A stretch of 64,000 nucleotides of DNA, taken from positions 89,185-153,184 of the forward strand of contig JBAXSC010000002.1 of assembly GCA_037130925.1 (NCBI GenBank), in the 5' to 3' direction. Source of the DNA: Candidatus Nomurabacteria bacterium (GTDB lineage Bacteria > Patescibacteriota > Minisyncoccia > Phycocordibacterales > UBA5272). The notes under the pieces were generated by a model, which saw nothing but the letters and a program-made list of their open reading frames with translations, made no database searches and was not told where the DNA came from. This document shows, piece after piece, positions 8,531-18,792 of this stretch. Position 1 is the first letter of the stretch. Each line of letters begins with the position of its first letter. The translations under genes were made by a program, and so were the position numbers.

Positions 8531-9343
8531 TTAACACGAATAACCAAGTTCTGCAAGGACTTTCTTCATATCTAAATGTTCTTTTGCTGTAAAAATTTTA
8601 TTTACTGCAGACTTGTCATCTTCCACTATTTTAATAGCTAAAGAATAAGCATGCAGCATTGGGCGAGATAATTTAGTTTTAAATTCATTTTGTAAATTCA
8701 CTCTTTCTAATTCTCCTACACCATAAAGATCATCACCGAGTATTGGATGACGAATTGATTTTAAGTGAACTCTAATCTGATGAGTTCTTCCCGTCTCTGG
8801 ATAACATTCAACAAAAGTAAAAGGTCTTCCTGATTCTGTTTTTAATCTTGCGAGAACTTTAAAGCGAGTCACAGCATCTCTTTCTTTTCCTCTCACATCC
8901 CCTTTTCCATCATTTGTAAAAACATCTTTTGTATTCTTTTTACGAAAATCACTTCTACTTCTAGAAATTGGAGAATCAATAATTCCTGTATCATTTTTAA
9001 TATGACCAACTACGATAGCATGATAAATTTTCTTCGTTATATGATTTTGAAATTGTTTTTTCAAAAAAGTAAAAGTTTCTTTATTTAAAGCTAGTACCAT
9101 CACACCTGTTGTACCAGTATCTAGTCTATGAACTATCCCTTCCCTATCTTCATCTCCGACATCTTTTAAGATTGTCTGCCAATTTTTCTTTTTAAATTTA
9201 GATTTAGCAAAATCTCTCAGCCATTCGACTAGAGTATATTCATCTTTTCTTCCATCTGGATGTGTCATAATACCAGCAGGCTTGTCTATTACTACTTGAT
9301 TGTCATTTTCGAAAATGATCTTGATTTTAGGTGATTTTGTCAT
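8531..9343 (-). CDS. RluA-family pseudouridine synthase
   Basis: Catalytic motif HRLDTGTTGVMVLA and C-terminal HQIRVH motif. Confidence 0.9.
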   Translation of the reverse strand: MTKSPKIKIIFENDNQVVIDKPAGIMTHPDGRKDEYTLVEWLRDFAKSKFKKKNWQTILKDVGDEDREGIVHRLDTGTTGVMVLALNKETFTFLKKQFQNHITKKIYHAIVVGHIKNDTGIIDSPISRSRSDFRKKNTKDVFTNDGKGDVRGKERDAVTRFKVLARLKTESGRPFTFVECYPETGRTHQIRVHLKSIRHPILGDDLYGVGELERVNLQNEFKTKLSRPMLHAYSLAIKIVEDDKSAVNKIFTAKEHLDMKKVLAELGYSC

Positions 9344-9409
9344 AAATGTGGTATTTTCGATTTGCGAAAAAATTAATTTTAGGGTATTATATCATAATAA
9401 AAAATTAAT

Positions 9410-9482
9410 GGGAGATTAGCTCAGTTGGTAGAGCAACTCGTTTACACCGAGAAGGTCAGAGGTTCGAGTCCTCTATCTCCCA
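9410..9482 (+). tRNA. tRNA-Val (anticodon TAC)
   Basis: GGGAGAT-TA-GCTC-AGTTGGTA-GAGC...TTTACAC loop, T arm AGAGG-TTCGAGT-CCTCT, then ATCTCCC-A. No CCA. Confidence 0.9.
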
Positions 9483-9486
9483 CAAA

Positions 9487-9912
9487 ATGAAACTTATAAT
9501 CAAAAAGATAGATAAGTTAGCAAAAGGATTACTTAATCACGCAACTACTGGTGATGCAGGATTAGATATTTGTTCAAATGAAGATGTAGTTTTAATTCAA
9601 AATATTCCAACAAAAATTGGGACAGGTGTCGCAGTCGAACTCCCTATCGATAAAGTCGGATTAATTTGGGACAAATCATCAATCGGATCAAAAGGAATAA
9701 AAACTTTAGGAGGAGTTATTGATTCTGGATATAGAGGAGAAATTTTTGTGACATTAATAAATTTAACTTCAGAAAATATTAAAATAGACAAAGGCCAAAA
9801 GATAGCAAACTTCATAATTCAAGATTATACTAATGTAGAAGAATTAATTGAGACTGAAGAAATTTCAGATTCAGAAAGAGGTGCTGGAGGATTCGGCTCA
9901 ACTGGAAAATAA
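9487..9912 (+). CDS. dut: dUTP diphosphatase
   Basis: Motifs GDAGLDI, GVIDSGYRGEI and RGAGGFGSTG. Confidence 0.95.
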   Translation: MKLIIKKIDKLAKGLLNHATTGDAGLDICSNEDVVLIQNIPTKIGTGVAVELPIDKVGLIWDKSSIGSKGIKTLGGVIDSGYRGEIFVTLINLTSENIKIDKGQKIANFIIQDYTNVEELIETEEISDSERGAGGFGSTGK

Positions 9913-9959
9913 AATACTTTATTTTTCTGTCAAAATCTGTTATATTTATAAAACTCAAT

Positions 9960-10031
9960 GATCTCATAGTTCAATGGATAGAACGAGAGCCTTCTAAGCT
10001 CTAGATGATGGTCCGATTCCATCTGAGATCA
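9960..10031 (+). tRNA. tRNA-Arg (anticodon TCT)
   Basis: GATCTCA-TA-GTTC...anticodon arm AGAGC-CTTCTAA-GCTCT, T arm GATGG-TCCGATT-CCATC, then TGAGATC-A. The T-loop is atypical (TCC instead of TTC). Confidence 0.8.
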
Positions 10032-10039
10032 CAACAAAA

Positions 10040-10921
10040 ATGAAAAGAGGTATTATCGTATACAATCAAAGTTTTAAAGATAAGAACTGGAATGAAGGAG
10101 TAGAATGGTATAAAAATGCTGCTAAAAAATTCAATATTGATCTACAGGTTTACACAAATACTGAGATTATTTTTTTACTTTCAGATAAAATTAAATGTTT
10201 AAATCTTAAAAAAGATTTTAACTTTGTAATTTTTTTAGATAAAGATATAAGATTAGCTAGACTTTTGGAATTAAATAATTTCAAAGTTTTTAATTCTAGT
10301 AAAGCTATAGAAATATGCGATGATAAAACCTTAACTCAAATAGTACTTTCTGAAAATAATATACCTACACCAAAAACAATAATTTCTCCTAAATTTTTCT
10401 TCGAGCCACTAGATACAAGTTTAATATTTTTAAAAGAAGTATCGAAAATTCTATCTTTTCCTTTAGTGTTAAAAGAAGGTTTTGGATCTTATGGAGAGCA
10501 GGTGTATTTAATAAAAAATATAAAAGAACTCACAGAGATGACGAAAAAGATTTGGAGCAAACCTCTTTTATTTCAAGAGTTTATAAAGGAAAGCAAAGGT
10601 AGAGATATAAGAATGTATGTAGTAGGAGGAAAATTTGTTGGAGCATGTCTAAGAACAAATAAGAAAGATTTTAGAGCTAACACAGAATTAGGTGGCGATA
10701 TGGAATTGTATATACCAACTAAAAAAGAAATTGATATTGCTGAAAAATCTGTAAAAAGTATAGGTTTAGATTTTGCTGGAGTTGATATTTTGTTTGGTAA
10801 AAATGGCCCACTTATTTGTGAAGTAAATAGTAATTCTTATGCTAAAAAATTTTATGAAATTACAAAAATAGATGTGGGAGAAAAAATATTTGAACATATA
10901 AATAATATGATTTACAAATAA
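10040..10921 (+). CDS. ATP-grasp ligase, RimK-like
   Basis: 293-aa ORF with ATP-grasp pattern (DDKTLTQIVL...PTPKT...PLVLKEGFGSYGEQVYLI...RDIRMYVVGGKFVGA...GVDILF...ICEVNSN). Confidence 0.75.
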   Translation: MKRGIIVYNQSFKDKNWNEGVEWYKNAAKKFNIDLQVYTNTEIIFLLSDKIKCLNLKKDFNFVIFLDKDIRLARLLELNNFKVFNSSKAIEICDDKTLTQIVLSENNIPTPKTIISPKFFFEPLDTSLIFLKEVSKILSFPLVLKEGFGSYGEQVYLIKNIKELTEMTKKIWSKPLLFQEFIKESKGRDIRMYVVGGKFVGACLRTNKKDFRANTELGGDMELYIPTKKEIDIAEKSVKSIGLDFAGVDILFGKNGPLICEVNSNSYAKKFYEITKIDVGEKIFEHINNMIYK

Positions 10922-10987
10922 TTATCACCATTCTCGAGTGTGCTCTAAAAAGGCACAATTCCCGTAAGGACCACAAAATTGTTTTAA

Positions 10988-11503
10988 TTATAAATCCTCC
11001 CATTTTAAAAGTTTTGCTTCTATCCATTTTTCTGGCTGTAATTCTTCCATTTTGATATTTAGTTTTCTATTTTCAAAAACTCTCAACAATACCTTTTTAT
11101 CGCCTTCCCTAAAATTCTCATTATTTACCAATATGAAATTTTTATCTATCCATTCAAGGTTATTATCCTCCGAAACTAAATCGTCCCTATAAGAAGTATT
11201 AAAGTGTAAAGATTCAGACAAGTTTAATTTAAAAGCCTCTATTTCTATATTTACATTGTATCCATCTTTTTTTATATTAGAAAATATTTTACCAAAATCT
11301 ACCACCTTAAATGAATCATTATAATTATTAGAAAAAATATCTTTGAGTTTTTGTTTTATACTTTTTTGTATATCTTCATTTTCCATATGTAAATTAAACA
11401 CATCAAAAGTATTAATATTTTGATGAATATTTTTTCTTAATAAAATCTTTTCTCCCGATACTATATAAAGTAAATAAACTTTTTTATTAATATTTTGAAT
11501 CAT
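10988..11503 (-). CDS. hypothetical protein
   Basis: 171-aa ORF; no motif recognised. Confidence 0.5.
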   Translation of the reverse strand: MIQNINKKVYLLYIVSGEKILLRKNIHQNINTFDVFNLHMENEDIQKSIKQKLKDIFSNNYNDSFKVVDFGKIFSNIKKDGYNVNIEIEAFKLNLSESLHFNTSYRDDLVSEDNNLEWIDKNFILVNNENFREGDKKVLLRVFENRKLNIKMEELQPEKWIEAKLLKWEDL

Positions 11504-11575
11504 ATATATATTATAACAATATAAATATATAAAAAATAAATTTAATAAGTTTTTTATATTTGATATAATCTATAA

Positions 11576-12205
11576 ATGAAAATAAAAAAGCCTATATTTA
11601 ATGAAGATTTTTTACAGAAGAAAACTGTAACAATAGATTCTACAATAACTATAGAAAAAGCTAATATAGAAGGACTACTGTTAGATAATTTAAAAATAAA
11701 AGAACTAAAAATTGAACAGTGTCTGATTAGTGAATTAAGTCTGTCATCTTCAATATTAAAAGAATTCAGTGTTACAGATTCAGTTTTAGAAAAGGCAAAT
11801 TTTTCTGGCATAGAATCGGATGAAAATTATATTGAAAGATCTGAATTTATAAAATCAAGATTTCAAGGAACGCAATTCGTAAATTCTATAATTAAAGATG
11901 TCTTATTTGATAAATCAAAATGTATTTCCTTGTCTTTAAGATTTGCTAAAATAGAAAATGTAATTTTTAAAGATTGCGATCTTTCAGACTCTGATTTTTT
12001 AGGATCAATATTAAAAAATGCATTTTTTATAAATTGTAATTTAACAAATTCTCAATTTTCTAAAACCAAATTAAATAATGTCTTTTTATCGAGTTCTAAT
12101 ATAGAAAATATAAAAATAGATAAAAATGTTTTTGAAAATGTAACTGTTGATACCAGTCAGGCTTTATATTTATCTTCTTTATTTGGATTAAAAATAGAAG
12201 ATTAA
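11576..12205 (+). CDS. pentapeptide-repeat protein
   Basis: Runs of A(D/N)LxX-type pentapeptides (ANFSGIESDE..., CDLSDSDFLGSILKNAFFINCNLTNSQFSKTKLNNVFL). Confidence 0.75.
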   Translation: MKIKKPIFNEDFLQKKTVTIDSTITIEKANIEGLLLDNLKIKELKIEQCLISELSLSSSILKEFSVTDSVLEKANFSGIESDENYIERSEFIKSRFQGTQFVNSIIKDVLFDKSKCISLSLRFAKIENVIFKDCDLSDSDFLGSILKNAFFINCNLTNSQFSKTKLNNVFLSSSNIENIKIDKNVFENVTVDTSQALYLSSLFGLKIED

Positions 12206-12265
12206 AATTAATTAAAAATATTTAATACTTATAAGGGTATTTATATGTGATATTATTTACACATA

Positions 12266-13441
12266 ATGAACAAACATATTATTTTATATTTTTTTGTAAT
12301 AATAATCATCGTACTAGATGTTTTTGTTTTTTATAAAGTACAAAAAGATAAAACTGAAGATATTGCACACTCATCTCAAATTATTCCACTCCAAAATAGC
12401 ATAAATACAAATGTAAATGCTATTTCAGAAGATGATTCTATTTCTAAAATCCCGCTTCAACAAAAAGTTGGACAAATGCTCATTGTAGGATTTCATGATA
12501 CTTCTGTTTCAACAACCTCTATTATTATTAAAACAATAAATGATTTAAATCTTGGTGGATTGATACTGTTTGATCATAATATAGAAAATCCTACACAACT
12601 AAAAAAATTAATTTATAATATCAAACAATTTACCAACAGTCATTTATTTATAAGTGTAGATCTGGAAGGTGGGGAAATAAATAGACTAAAAAGTAAAAAT
12701 GGCTTTATGGATTTTCCAAGTGCTCAATCTTTAGGGACAATTGGAGATCTTGCTGAAATACAAAATGACGGTATTAACATAGGTACTGAGCTTTCAAATT
12801 ATGGATTCAATATGAATTTTGCCCCTGTTGTTGATATAAATATAAATCCAAGTAATCCAATTATTGGAAAACTCGGAAGATCATTTTCAAGCGATCCTCA
12901 ACAGGTAATAACAGAAGCAAAAACATTCATAGATGGATTACACAGCAAAAATATTATAAGTGTTATAAAACATTTTCCTGGACATGGAAGCTCTGTTAGT
13001 GATAGCCACCTAGGTTTTGTTGATATTACAAAAACATACCAACAAAAAGAATTACTACCTTTTCAAAAATTAGAAAATGATACAGATGCAATAATGGTTG
13101 CCCATGTAACAAATAAAAATATTGATCCAAATTATCCCGCATCACTTTCGCCACTTTTTATTCAAAATATTTTACGAAATCAATTAAGCTATAATGGTGT
13201 AATTATTTCAGATGATATGGAAATGGGAGTAATTTCAAAAAATTACACATTAGAAAAAGCAATAATATTAGCAATCAACTCTGGAAATGACATACTAATT
13301 TTTTCAAATAATAATGACCAAATGCCATATAAAGTAAATAAAATTATCCTTGATGCAATAAATAACGGTGAAATATCAATAGATACAATAAATATTGCCT
13401 ACAAAAGAATTCAAAAACTCAAAACTAACTATAATTTATAA
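12266..13441 (+). CDS. glycoside hydrolase family 3 (beta-N-acetylhexosaminidase, NagZ-like), membrane-anchored
   Basis: N-terminal TM helix; motifs ISVDLEGG, NFAPVVDI and KHFPGHG. Confidence 0.85.
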   Translation: MNKHIILYFFVIIIIVLDVFVFYKVQKDKTEDIAHSSQIIPLQNSINTNVNAISEDDSISKIPLQQKVGQMLIVGFHDTSVSTTSIIIKTINDLNLGGLILFDHNIENPTQLKKLIYNIKQFTNSHLFISVDLEGGEINRLKSKNGFMDFPSAQSLGTIGDLAEIQNDGINIGTELSNYGFNMNFAPVVDININPSNPIIGKLGRSFSSDPQQVITEAKTFIDGLHSKNIISVIKHFPGHGSSVSDSHLGFVDITKTYQQKELLPFQKLENDTDAIMVAHVTNKNIDPNYPASLSPLFIQNILRNQLSYNGVIISDDMEMGVISKNYTLEKAIILAINSGNDILIFSNNNDQMPYKVNKIILDAINNGEISIDTINIAYKRIQKLKTNYNL

Positions 13442-13445
13442 AAAA

Positions 13446-14006
13446 TTAAAACAATCCCCCTTTTAGCTCTTTTCTTATTTTTAAATAATCAGGGACAGTG
13501 ACAGCGACTAAATCCCAAAATCTTTGCGAATGATTAAATTCTTTTAAATGGCAAATTTCGTGTACGATAATATAATCAGAAATATGCTCTGGCAATAATG
13601 CTATTTTGTAATTAAAATTTAAATTTCCTTTTCTAGAACAGCTCCCCCATCTTGTCTTTTGATTTTTAACTGTAATATTTTTAAATTTAAAATTATATAT
13701 TTTATTAAAATGTTCCATTCTGTCTTTTGCTATTTGGAGAGCTTTTTCTTTATTTTCTAAATATTCTTTTTTTGAATTTGTGATAGTTGATACTGTTTTA
13801 TTGTTTTTAAAATATTCTGATTTTTCAAAAATCCATTTTGCTTTTTCTATTAAAAATTTTTCGATCATTTCTAGACTTGCTCTTTTTGGTTTTGTGACTA
13901 TCACCTCACCTTCACGATTAATAGTGACAAGAACCCTTTTCGTTCTAACACTTTCTTTTAAAGAAAATTCTAAATCCTTATCATTAATTTTAATAATTTT
14001 ATTCAT
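13446..14006 (-). CDS. YgjP-like (DUF45/M48-type) metallopeptidase
   Basis: TRWGSCS motif and HEICHL zinc motif. Confidence 0.8.
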   Translation of the reverse strand: MNKIIKINDKDLEFSLKESVRTKRVLVTINREGEVIVTKPKRASLEMIEKFLIEKAKWIFEKSEYFKNNKTVSTITNSKKEYLENKEKALQIAKDRMEHFNKIYNFKFKNITVKNQKTRWGSCSRKGNLNFNYKIALLPEHISDYIIVHEICHLKEFNHSQRFWDLVAVTVPDYLKIRKELKGGLF

Positions 14007-14027
14007 ATAAAAATTTTTAAAAAAGTA

Positions 14028-14738
14028 TTAAACTTTTATGACCTTCATTTTATTTGGAGAGCATTTGATCTCTAAAATATCTCCTGTGTTTAGCTCCCAA
14101 TTTTCAATTTGATTATCAGCAAAAATATCAGCGATACCACGAGTGATTTTGATTTTTATAACCCTTTCTTTTTTTAAGACAATATGACTCACTTGCTCTA
14201 TCGCATTATTAAAAGCGAGACCGATCTGATCATCGCTCTCAAAATAGCTTCTTGTGATCGATTTATAGTATCCTGTTGAGCCTATTTGTGTCGATACGAG
14301 TATTCCGTCACCAATAATATCTTGCTCTTGAATTAAAACATCATCTAAGAAAACTTTCATACGAATAGCCATAAATGGATCATGATTATGAATAAGTACA
14401 TCAGCCATAGCCTCCATCTTTTTATCTTTATGAATTATTTCTAATTTTGTCTTTTCTTTAATTGTATATTTACCTTTTACCACAAGATCTAAAATCTTGT
14501 CATTTGGCTCTTTGTGAGCAAGTTTTCCAATATAACTATTTTTTAAATAAAGCTTTGGAATATTTGGATATAAAAATTCTGATTTAAAAAAAGTTCCATC
14601 CCCTCCAAATGAGACGACAATGTCTGGATCTTTTTTAACTATCTCTATATCTTTTTTATGTTTAGAAAATAATAATTTTGCTTTTTCTGCTGAGTCACTG
14701 ACTATCAAAACTTTCAATTTGGGTTTTATTACTTTCAT
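14028..14738 (-). CDS. nadK: NAD kinase
   Basis: GGDGT motif (VVSFGGDGTFF) and STQIGSTGYYKS. Confidence 0.85.
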   Translation of the reverse strand: MKVIKPKLKVLIVSDSAEKAKLLFSKHKKDIEIVKKDPDIVVSFGGDGTFFKSEFLYPNIPKLYLKNSYIGKLAHKEPNDKILDLVVKGKYTIKEKTKLEIIHKDKKMEAMADVLIHNHDPFMAIRMKVFLDDVLIQEQDIIGDGILVSTQIGSTGYYKSITRSYFESDDQIGLAFNNAIEQVSHIVLKKERVIKIKITRGIADIFADNQIENWELNTGDILEIKCSPNKMKVIKV

Positions 14739-14752
14739 ATTTTTATTTAATA

Positions 14753-15079
14753 TTAATACTGAACTTCTCTTTTCAGCCTGTCTTCTAATTTTCTACCAAA
14801 CATCCTGCGTGCTTTATCAGGACCACAAACAATTATTTTCTTTTCTTTATTTTCATCTGATTGAATAATATGTGTGATATCATACAAAATTTCATCTATC
14901 ACTTCTGTACTTTTTTCTTCTATATCTTTTGCGCCAAAAGGCAAAACTGTGTCATTAAAAATAACACAGTCATCATGAATACAGATATGATTTACACCAA
15001 TTAATTTTTTCTCATTCAAAAAACCAGTAGTTGGTATGTAATTTGCATCTTTAAATCTTTTTTTAAAAATATCAGACAT
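14753..15079 (-). CDS. hypothetical protein
   Basis: 108-aa ORF co-directional with nadK, 14 nt upstream of it. Confidence 0.5.
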   Translation of the reverse strand: MSDIFKKRFKDANYIPTTGFLNEKKLIGVNHICIHDDCVIFNDTVLPFGAKDIEEKSTEVIDEILYDITHIIQSDENKEKKIIVCGPDKARRMFGRKLEDRLKREVQY

Positions 15080-15106
15080 AATATATATTAAATATATTTT
15101 AACACG

Positions 15107-15685
15107 CTATCTAAAAAAGAAATAATAGAAAAGAAAAAAGATAACTACAAATGTAATAACAGAAGTCCAAATACTCTCCATTAAAGCTTCTTTCATTTTT
15201 ACGCCGTATTTATGAGTAAAAAATGAGACTAAGACAAATTTTATACCTCTTCCGAGTATAGCTGTAGCTATAAATAAAGGAAGATTGATAGCAAAGACCC
15301 CAGAGGCTATAGCGGTGATTTTAAAAGGAATAGGAGTCATTGCAGCTATTAACAATATAAAAAATTGATTACTGTGTAGATTGGCACCAAAATTATCAAA
15401 TTCACCCTGTAAATGATAAAAATTCACCATTGGCTGACCAATATATTTAAATAAATAAAATCCAATAGCATAGCCAAGCATTCCACCTATAACAGATCCG
15501 AGAGTTGCTATCCAAACTGTCTTTTGCCAGGTATATTTTACTTTATGAGCAAGCATGAAGAGAATTAAAAAATATGCAGGAAATGGAGAGAAAGAAGATT
15601 CAGCAAAAGAAACCCAAAAAAGTGTCCTGAGTGCATTTTTATGATTTGCTACATTTTCAGCCCATTTTAAAAATTTTTCTTTCAT
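15107..15685 (-). CDS. DedA/YqaA-family membrane protein
   Basis: FAESSFSPFPAYFLILFML-type DedA signature and multiple TM segments. Confidence 0.7.
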   Translation of the reverse strand: MKEKFLKWAENVANHKNALRTLFWVSFAESSFSPFPAYFLILFMLAHKVKYTWQKTVWIATLGSVIGGMLGYAIGFYLFKYIGQPMVNFYHLQGEFDNFGANLHSNQFFILLIAAMTPIPFKITAIASGVFAINLPLFIATAILGRGIKFVLVSFFTHKYGVKMKEALMESIWTSVITFVVIFFLFYYFFFR

Positions 15686-15771
15686 AGTTTTTTAAATTTA
15701 AACCCATTCAAATACTCAGCCTTGCTTCGTATTTTTCCCTCCCTTAAATTTAAGGGAGGGGCAGGGAGGGT

Positions 15772-16092
15772 TTATCTCATTTGTGATCCATTATTTACAG
15801 GAACGGTTGGAGAAAGTAAAGCAAGAAATTCTTCGCCTGTTGCGAGTATCATCGCTTCAGAATCAAATCCCATCATTTTTCTTGGAGCGAGGTTTGTAAT
15901 AAAAGCAAATTGCTTTTCAAATAAATCTTCTTTATTAAAAAATTTCTTTATACCAGAAAGAACCTGTCTTGGTCTCTCTTCTCCAAAATCAACAGATAAT
16001 TTTAGTAATTTATCACTACCTTCCACTTCTTCAATATTTAAAATTCTTCCGACTTTTATTTCCACTTTCTGTAAATCTTCAATAGTTATCAT
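15772..16092 (-). CDS. tRNA-binding domain protein (CsaA/EMAP-like)
   Basis: LQKVEIKVGRILNIEEVEGSDKLLKLSVDFGEE...FITNLAPRKMMGFDSEAMILA. Confidence 0.85.
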   Translation of the reverse strand: MITIEDLQKVEIKVGRILNIEEVEGSDKLLKLSVDFGEERPRQVLSGIKKFFNKEDLFEKQFAFITNLAPRKMMGFDSEAMILATGEEFLALLSPTVPVNNGSQMR

Positions 16093-16530
16093 AATTATTA
16101 ATACTTTATTATTTAAGGATTATATCATTTATATTTTTAAAAAAGAAAAACCCACACAAGCAGTCGTTTGGTGGGCTATCCTGAAGATACGAGATCCGTT
16201 TTCTCGCCTTCGGCAGTTTGTTGGTTGGAAAGAAATATATTTAAATCGACTGCTAAAACTTGCCTTATGCATATATGGCTTAATTTTATCCATATAGCAC
16301 TCAAAGGGGTTTTGTATTTATTAAAAAATATATTTTTCCCTAAAATTCCTACATCGAAATTTTTAACAATCAAAAACTTATTACTTATTTTGCTATTAGC
16401 TCTTAAGTTATTAGTTCCTAATGTTTTAAAAGAAATCGTTATAAGAATGATCAAAAGAACTCTTATCAAAACCATACGAAATGATTTAGAAAGATAATTT
16501 ATCACATTATAAATAATAATGCAAATATAT

Positions 16531-16572
16531 TTTTAAAATAAAAAGTCTGCCAAAACCTGGTTCTGGCAGACT
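16531..16572 (-). terminator. intrinsic terminator
   Basis: AGTCTGCCA/TGGCAGACT 9-bp stem (16544-16572) followed on the minus strand by TTTTATTTT. Confidence 0.65.
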
Positions 16573-16578
16573 TCCATT

Positions 16579-16851
16579 TTAGGAAATTAGAGATACGTGA
16601 GCCATAATCACGCCTCTAAATTGTACAGGTCGTATTATAAAATATTTTTTATAATATTTAAAATCAACAAGCAAAAGAAAAACTTTAAACTCTTTAATTT
16701 TCTTTAAATAATCTAAATATTCAGCTGATTTTTTAACAGTTGAATTTCTTCTGTGCCTAATTTCTATGAAAAAAATATTTCTATTTTTATTATTAACGAC
16801 TGTTCCAAATCCTAAAAATAAAAACAACAAAATAATGCATAATTCAAACAT
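16579..16851 (-). CDS. hypothetical small protein
   Basis: 90-aa ORF ending just upstream of the terminator hairpin; hydrophobic N-terminus. Confidence 0.35.
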   Translation of the reverse strand: MFELCIILLFLFLGFGTVVNNKNRNIFFIEIRHRRNSTVKKSAEYLDYLKKIKEFKVFLLLVDFKYYKKYFIIRPVQFRGVIMAHVSLIS

Positions 16852-16908
16852 AGCAAATATTTTTTACTGAAAAGAGAATAACATCTTCAGGATATGATTG
16901 CAAATATA

Positions 16909-17298
16909 CTATTTTCTATTTTCTTTATCTAAAAATCTCTGTAAAATAATTGCTGCAGCAGAGTCATCAGCATCTCGCCTGTCATCATATCGTCTAGCTT
17001 CAACAGTACTAAACCATTCTTTTTCAAATACAATTTTCGCTTTAGATTTTTCTTCTAAAATTTTTACAAAAGATTTTGCTTCTTCTAAAATTTTATTTTC
17101 AACACCTTTTTGATTTAAACTTTCTCCTACAACTATTGTTGAAATATTATTTTCTGATACTATTTTTAAAAATTCTTCTAGGGAATTTTCTTTATTTTTA
17201 TTTAAAATAATTTTAAAAGGAAAAGCAAACATTCCCATTTCATCAGAAATAGCGACACCTATTTTTTTTGATCCATAATCGAGAGCTAAATATTTCAT
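16909..17298 (-). CDS. ruvX: YqgF/RuvX-family putative Holliday junction resolvase / pre-16S rRNA nuclease
   Basis: MKYLALDYGSKKIGVAISD N-terminal signature. Confidence 0.9.
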   Translation of the reverse strand: MKYLALDYGSKKIGVAISDEMGMFAFPFKIILNKNKENSLEEFLKIVSENNISTIVVGESLNQKGVENKILEEAKSFVKILEEKSKAKIVFEKEWFSTVEARRYDDRRDADDSAAAIILQRFLDKENRK

Positions 17299-17300
17299 AA

Positions 17301-18605
17301 TTAATTTTTATTTTTTAATTCTAAAAGACTTTCTCTTGCAATGTCTCTATCATCACTTTTTATTTTCTGACCTTTCCAGCTCATTGTATTTAGAGATCCC
17401 CTTGTAGCAAGCAAAACAACATCTCCAGATTTTGCTAAAGAAATAGCTTTTTTAATTGCTTCATTTCTATTTATAATTATAAAAAGATTTTCATTATATT
17501 TTTTACCTTGCTTTTCTGCTTCATCTCCGATCTTTTTTGCAAGAATCATCTCATCATCAAAATAAGGATCAGAATTCGTAACTATTACAAGATCTGCTTT
17601 TTTACCTACAACTTCACCCATATCATAAAGCCTTTGCTCATCTCTTCCTCCACCATCACCACCGAGAACTATTATTATTTTTTTATCTTCGTTCTTTTTT
17701 AAATTTTTAGCAGAATCAAGAAGATTATTCATACTTAATTTCTCATGAGCATAATCAACTACGACCTTAAAATCTTGTCCTTCATTAATTATTTCCATTC
17801 TTCCTGGGATTAAATTTAATTCTAATAGCCCAGCTTTTATTTGTTCTTCTTTTAACTTATATTTTTTAGCTAATAAAATAGCAGGTAAAGCATTATAAAT
17901 ATTAAATTTACCATTTATATTCAATTTATAATTTTCATTTTCAAAATCAAAAGAGATACCAGATTCATCTTCTGTAATATTAGAAACCTGATTTAAACTA
18001 AAATTTATTTTTTCTATACCATTTGCCATATCTGAAAAATAATTAGAATTTTCATCGTCTGTATTTATAATAGCCAATTTTAATTTATTCCAAATATTTT
18101 TTCTAAAAATTCTCATCTTAGTCTCTCTATATTTTGCAAAAGATCCTCCGTGTGAAGCAAGATGCTCTGGAGATAAATTTGTAAAAATAGCCACATCTAA
18201 AAATAATCCTAAATGTCTCCACTGCTTTATTCCTTCACTTGTCACTTCAAGTACAACATTTTTACATCCAGCATTTTTCATTTCTCTCAGATATTTCTGT
18301 ATGATAAATCTCCCTGGCATGCTCATGTGATATTTATTCGGAAAGCTTTTATCTCCTATTTTTATATTTGCAGTAGAAATCAATCCTGTTTTACTTTTAC
18401 CATTATTCAAAACAGAATGAATAAAATTCACAGCAGAGGTTTTCCCTTTTGTTCCTGTCACCCCTATTACATTCATCCCCTTTGCTGGAAAGCGATAAAT
18501 AATAACTCCGGCAATAGCTAAAAGAAAATGATAAATTGGCTGACCAAGCTTATAAATTTTTCTAGGGATTAATTTTTCTACGAATCTTAGGATTTTTTCA
18601 ATCAT
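17301..18605 (-). CDS. Mur ligase family protein (MurE-like)
   Basis: P-loop GVTGTKGKTS and the DYAHE motif typical of MurE-type ligases. Confidence 0.8.
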   Translation of the reverse strand: MIEKILRFVEKLIPRKIYKLGQPIYHFLLAIAGVIIYRFPAKGMNVIGVTGTKGKTSAVNFIHSVLNNGKSKTGLISTANIKIGDKSFPNKYHMSMPGRFIIQKYLREMKNAGCKNVVLEVTSEGIKQWRHLGLFLDVAIFTNLSPEHLASHGGSFAKYRETKMRIFRKNIWNKLKLAIINTDDENSNYFSDMANGIEKINFSLNQVSNITEDESGISFDFENENYKLNINGKFNIYNALPAILLAKKYKLKEEQIKAGLLELNLIPGRMEIINEGQDFKVVVDYAHEKLSMNNLLDSAKNLKKNEDKKIIIVLGGDGGGRDEQRLYDMGEVVGKKADLVIVTNSDPYFDDEMILAKKIGDEAEKQGKKYNENLFIIINRNEAIKKAISLAKSGDVVLLATRGSLNTMSWKGQKIKSDDRDIARESLLELKNKN

Positions 18606-18728
18606 ATATTTAATAGACTCATTTTATCATGTTAAAACTTTTCCACAAATGTTAAGATTTGGATTTGCATTTTTTATCCAATTTTATATAATACTAGAGT
18701 AAACTTAAATACCAGAGAAGTTTACGTA

Positions 18729-18763
18729 AGCTAAAAACCCCCGATTTTCGGGGGTTTTTAGCT
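18729..18763 (-). terminator. intrinsic terminator (bidirectional shape)
   Basis: AGCTAAAAACCCCCGA-TTT-TCGGGGGTTTTTAGCT, 16-bp perfect stem. Confidence 0.8.
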
Positions 18764-18792
18764 GGTTAAATTTCAGTACTTTAATCTAAAGT

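Noticed and set aside
9960-10031. Atypical T-loop (TCCGATT) of tRNA-Arg(TCT), considered as evidence of a pseudogene
   Set aside because: All four stems and the anticodon loop are intact and the gene sits in a normal tRNA context. This is more likely lineage-specific variation.
16140-16260. GC-rich patch (CCCACACAAGCAGTCG...GCCTTCGGCAG...) considered as an SRP/4.5S-like or other small RNA on the minus strand
   Set aside because: It contains local hairpins and a terminator (CCCAC...GTGGG plus a U-run). However, I could not find the conserved SRP domain IV motifs (GNAR tetraloop with flanking AGCA/GGA loops). It also coincides with the 3' end of mirrored ORFs 16176-16505 / 16168-16497, whose coding status is itself unclear. 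Left unassigned; an Infernal scan would settle it.
15722-16297. 191-aa plus-strand ORF
   Set aside because: It is antisense to the well-supported tRNA-binding (CsaA-like) gene at 15772-16092 and has no motifs.
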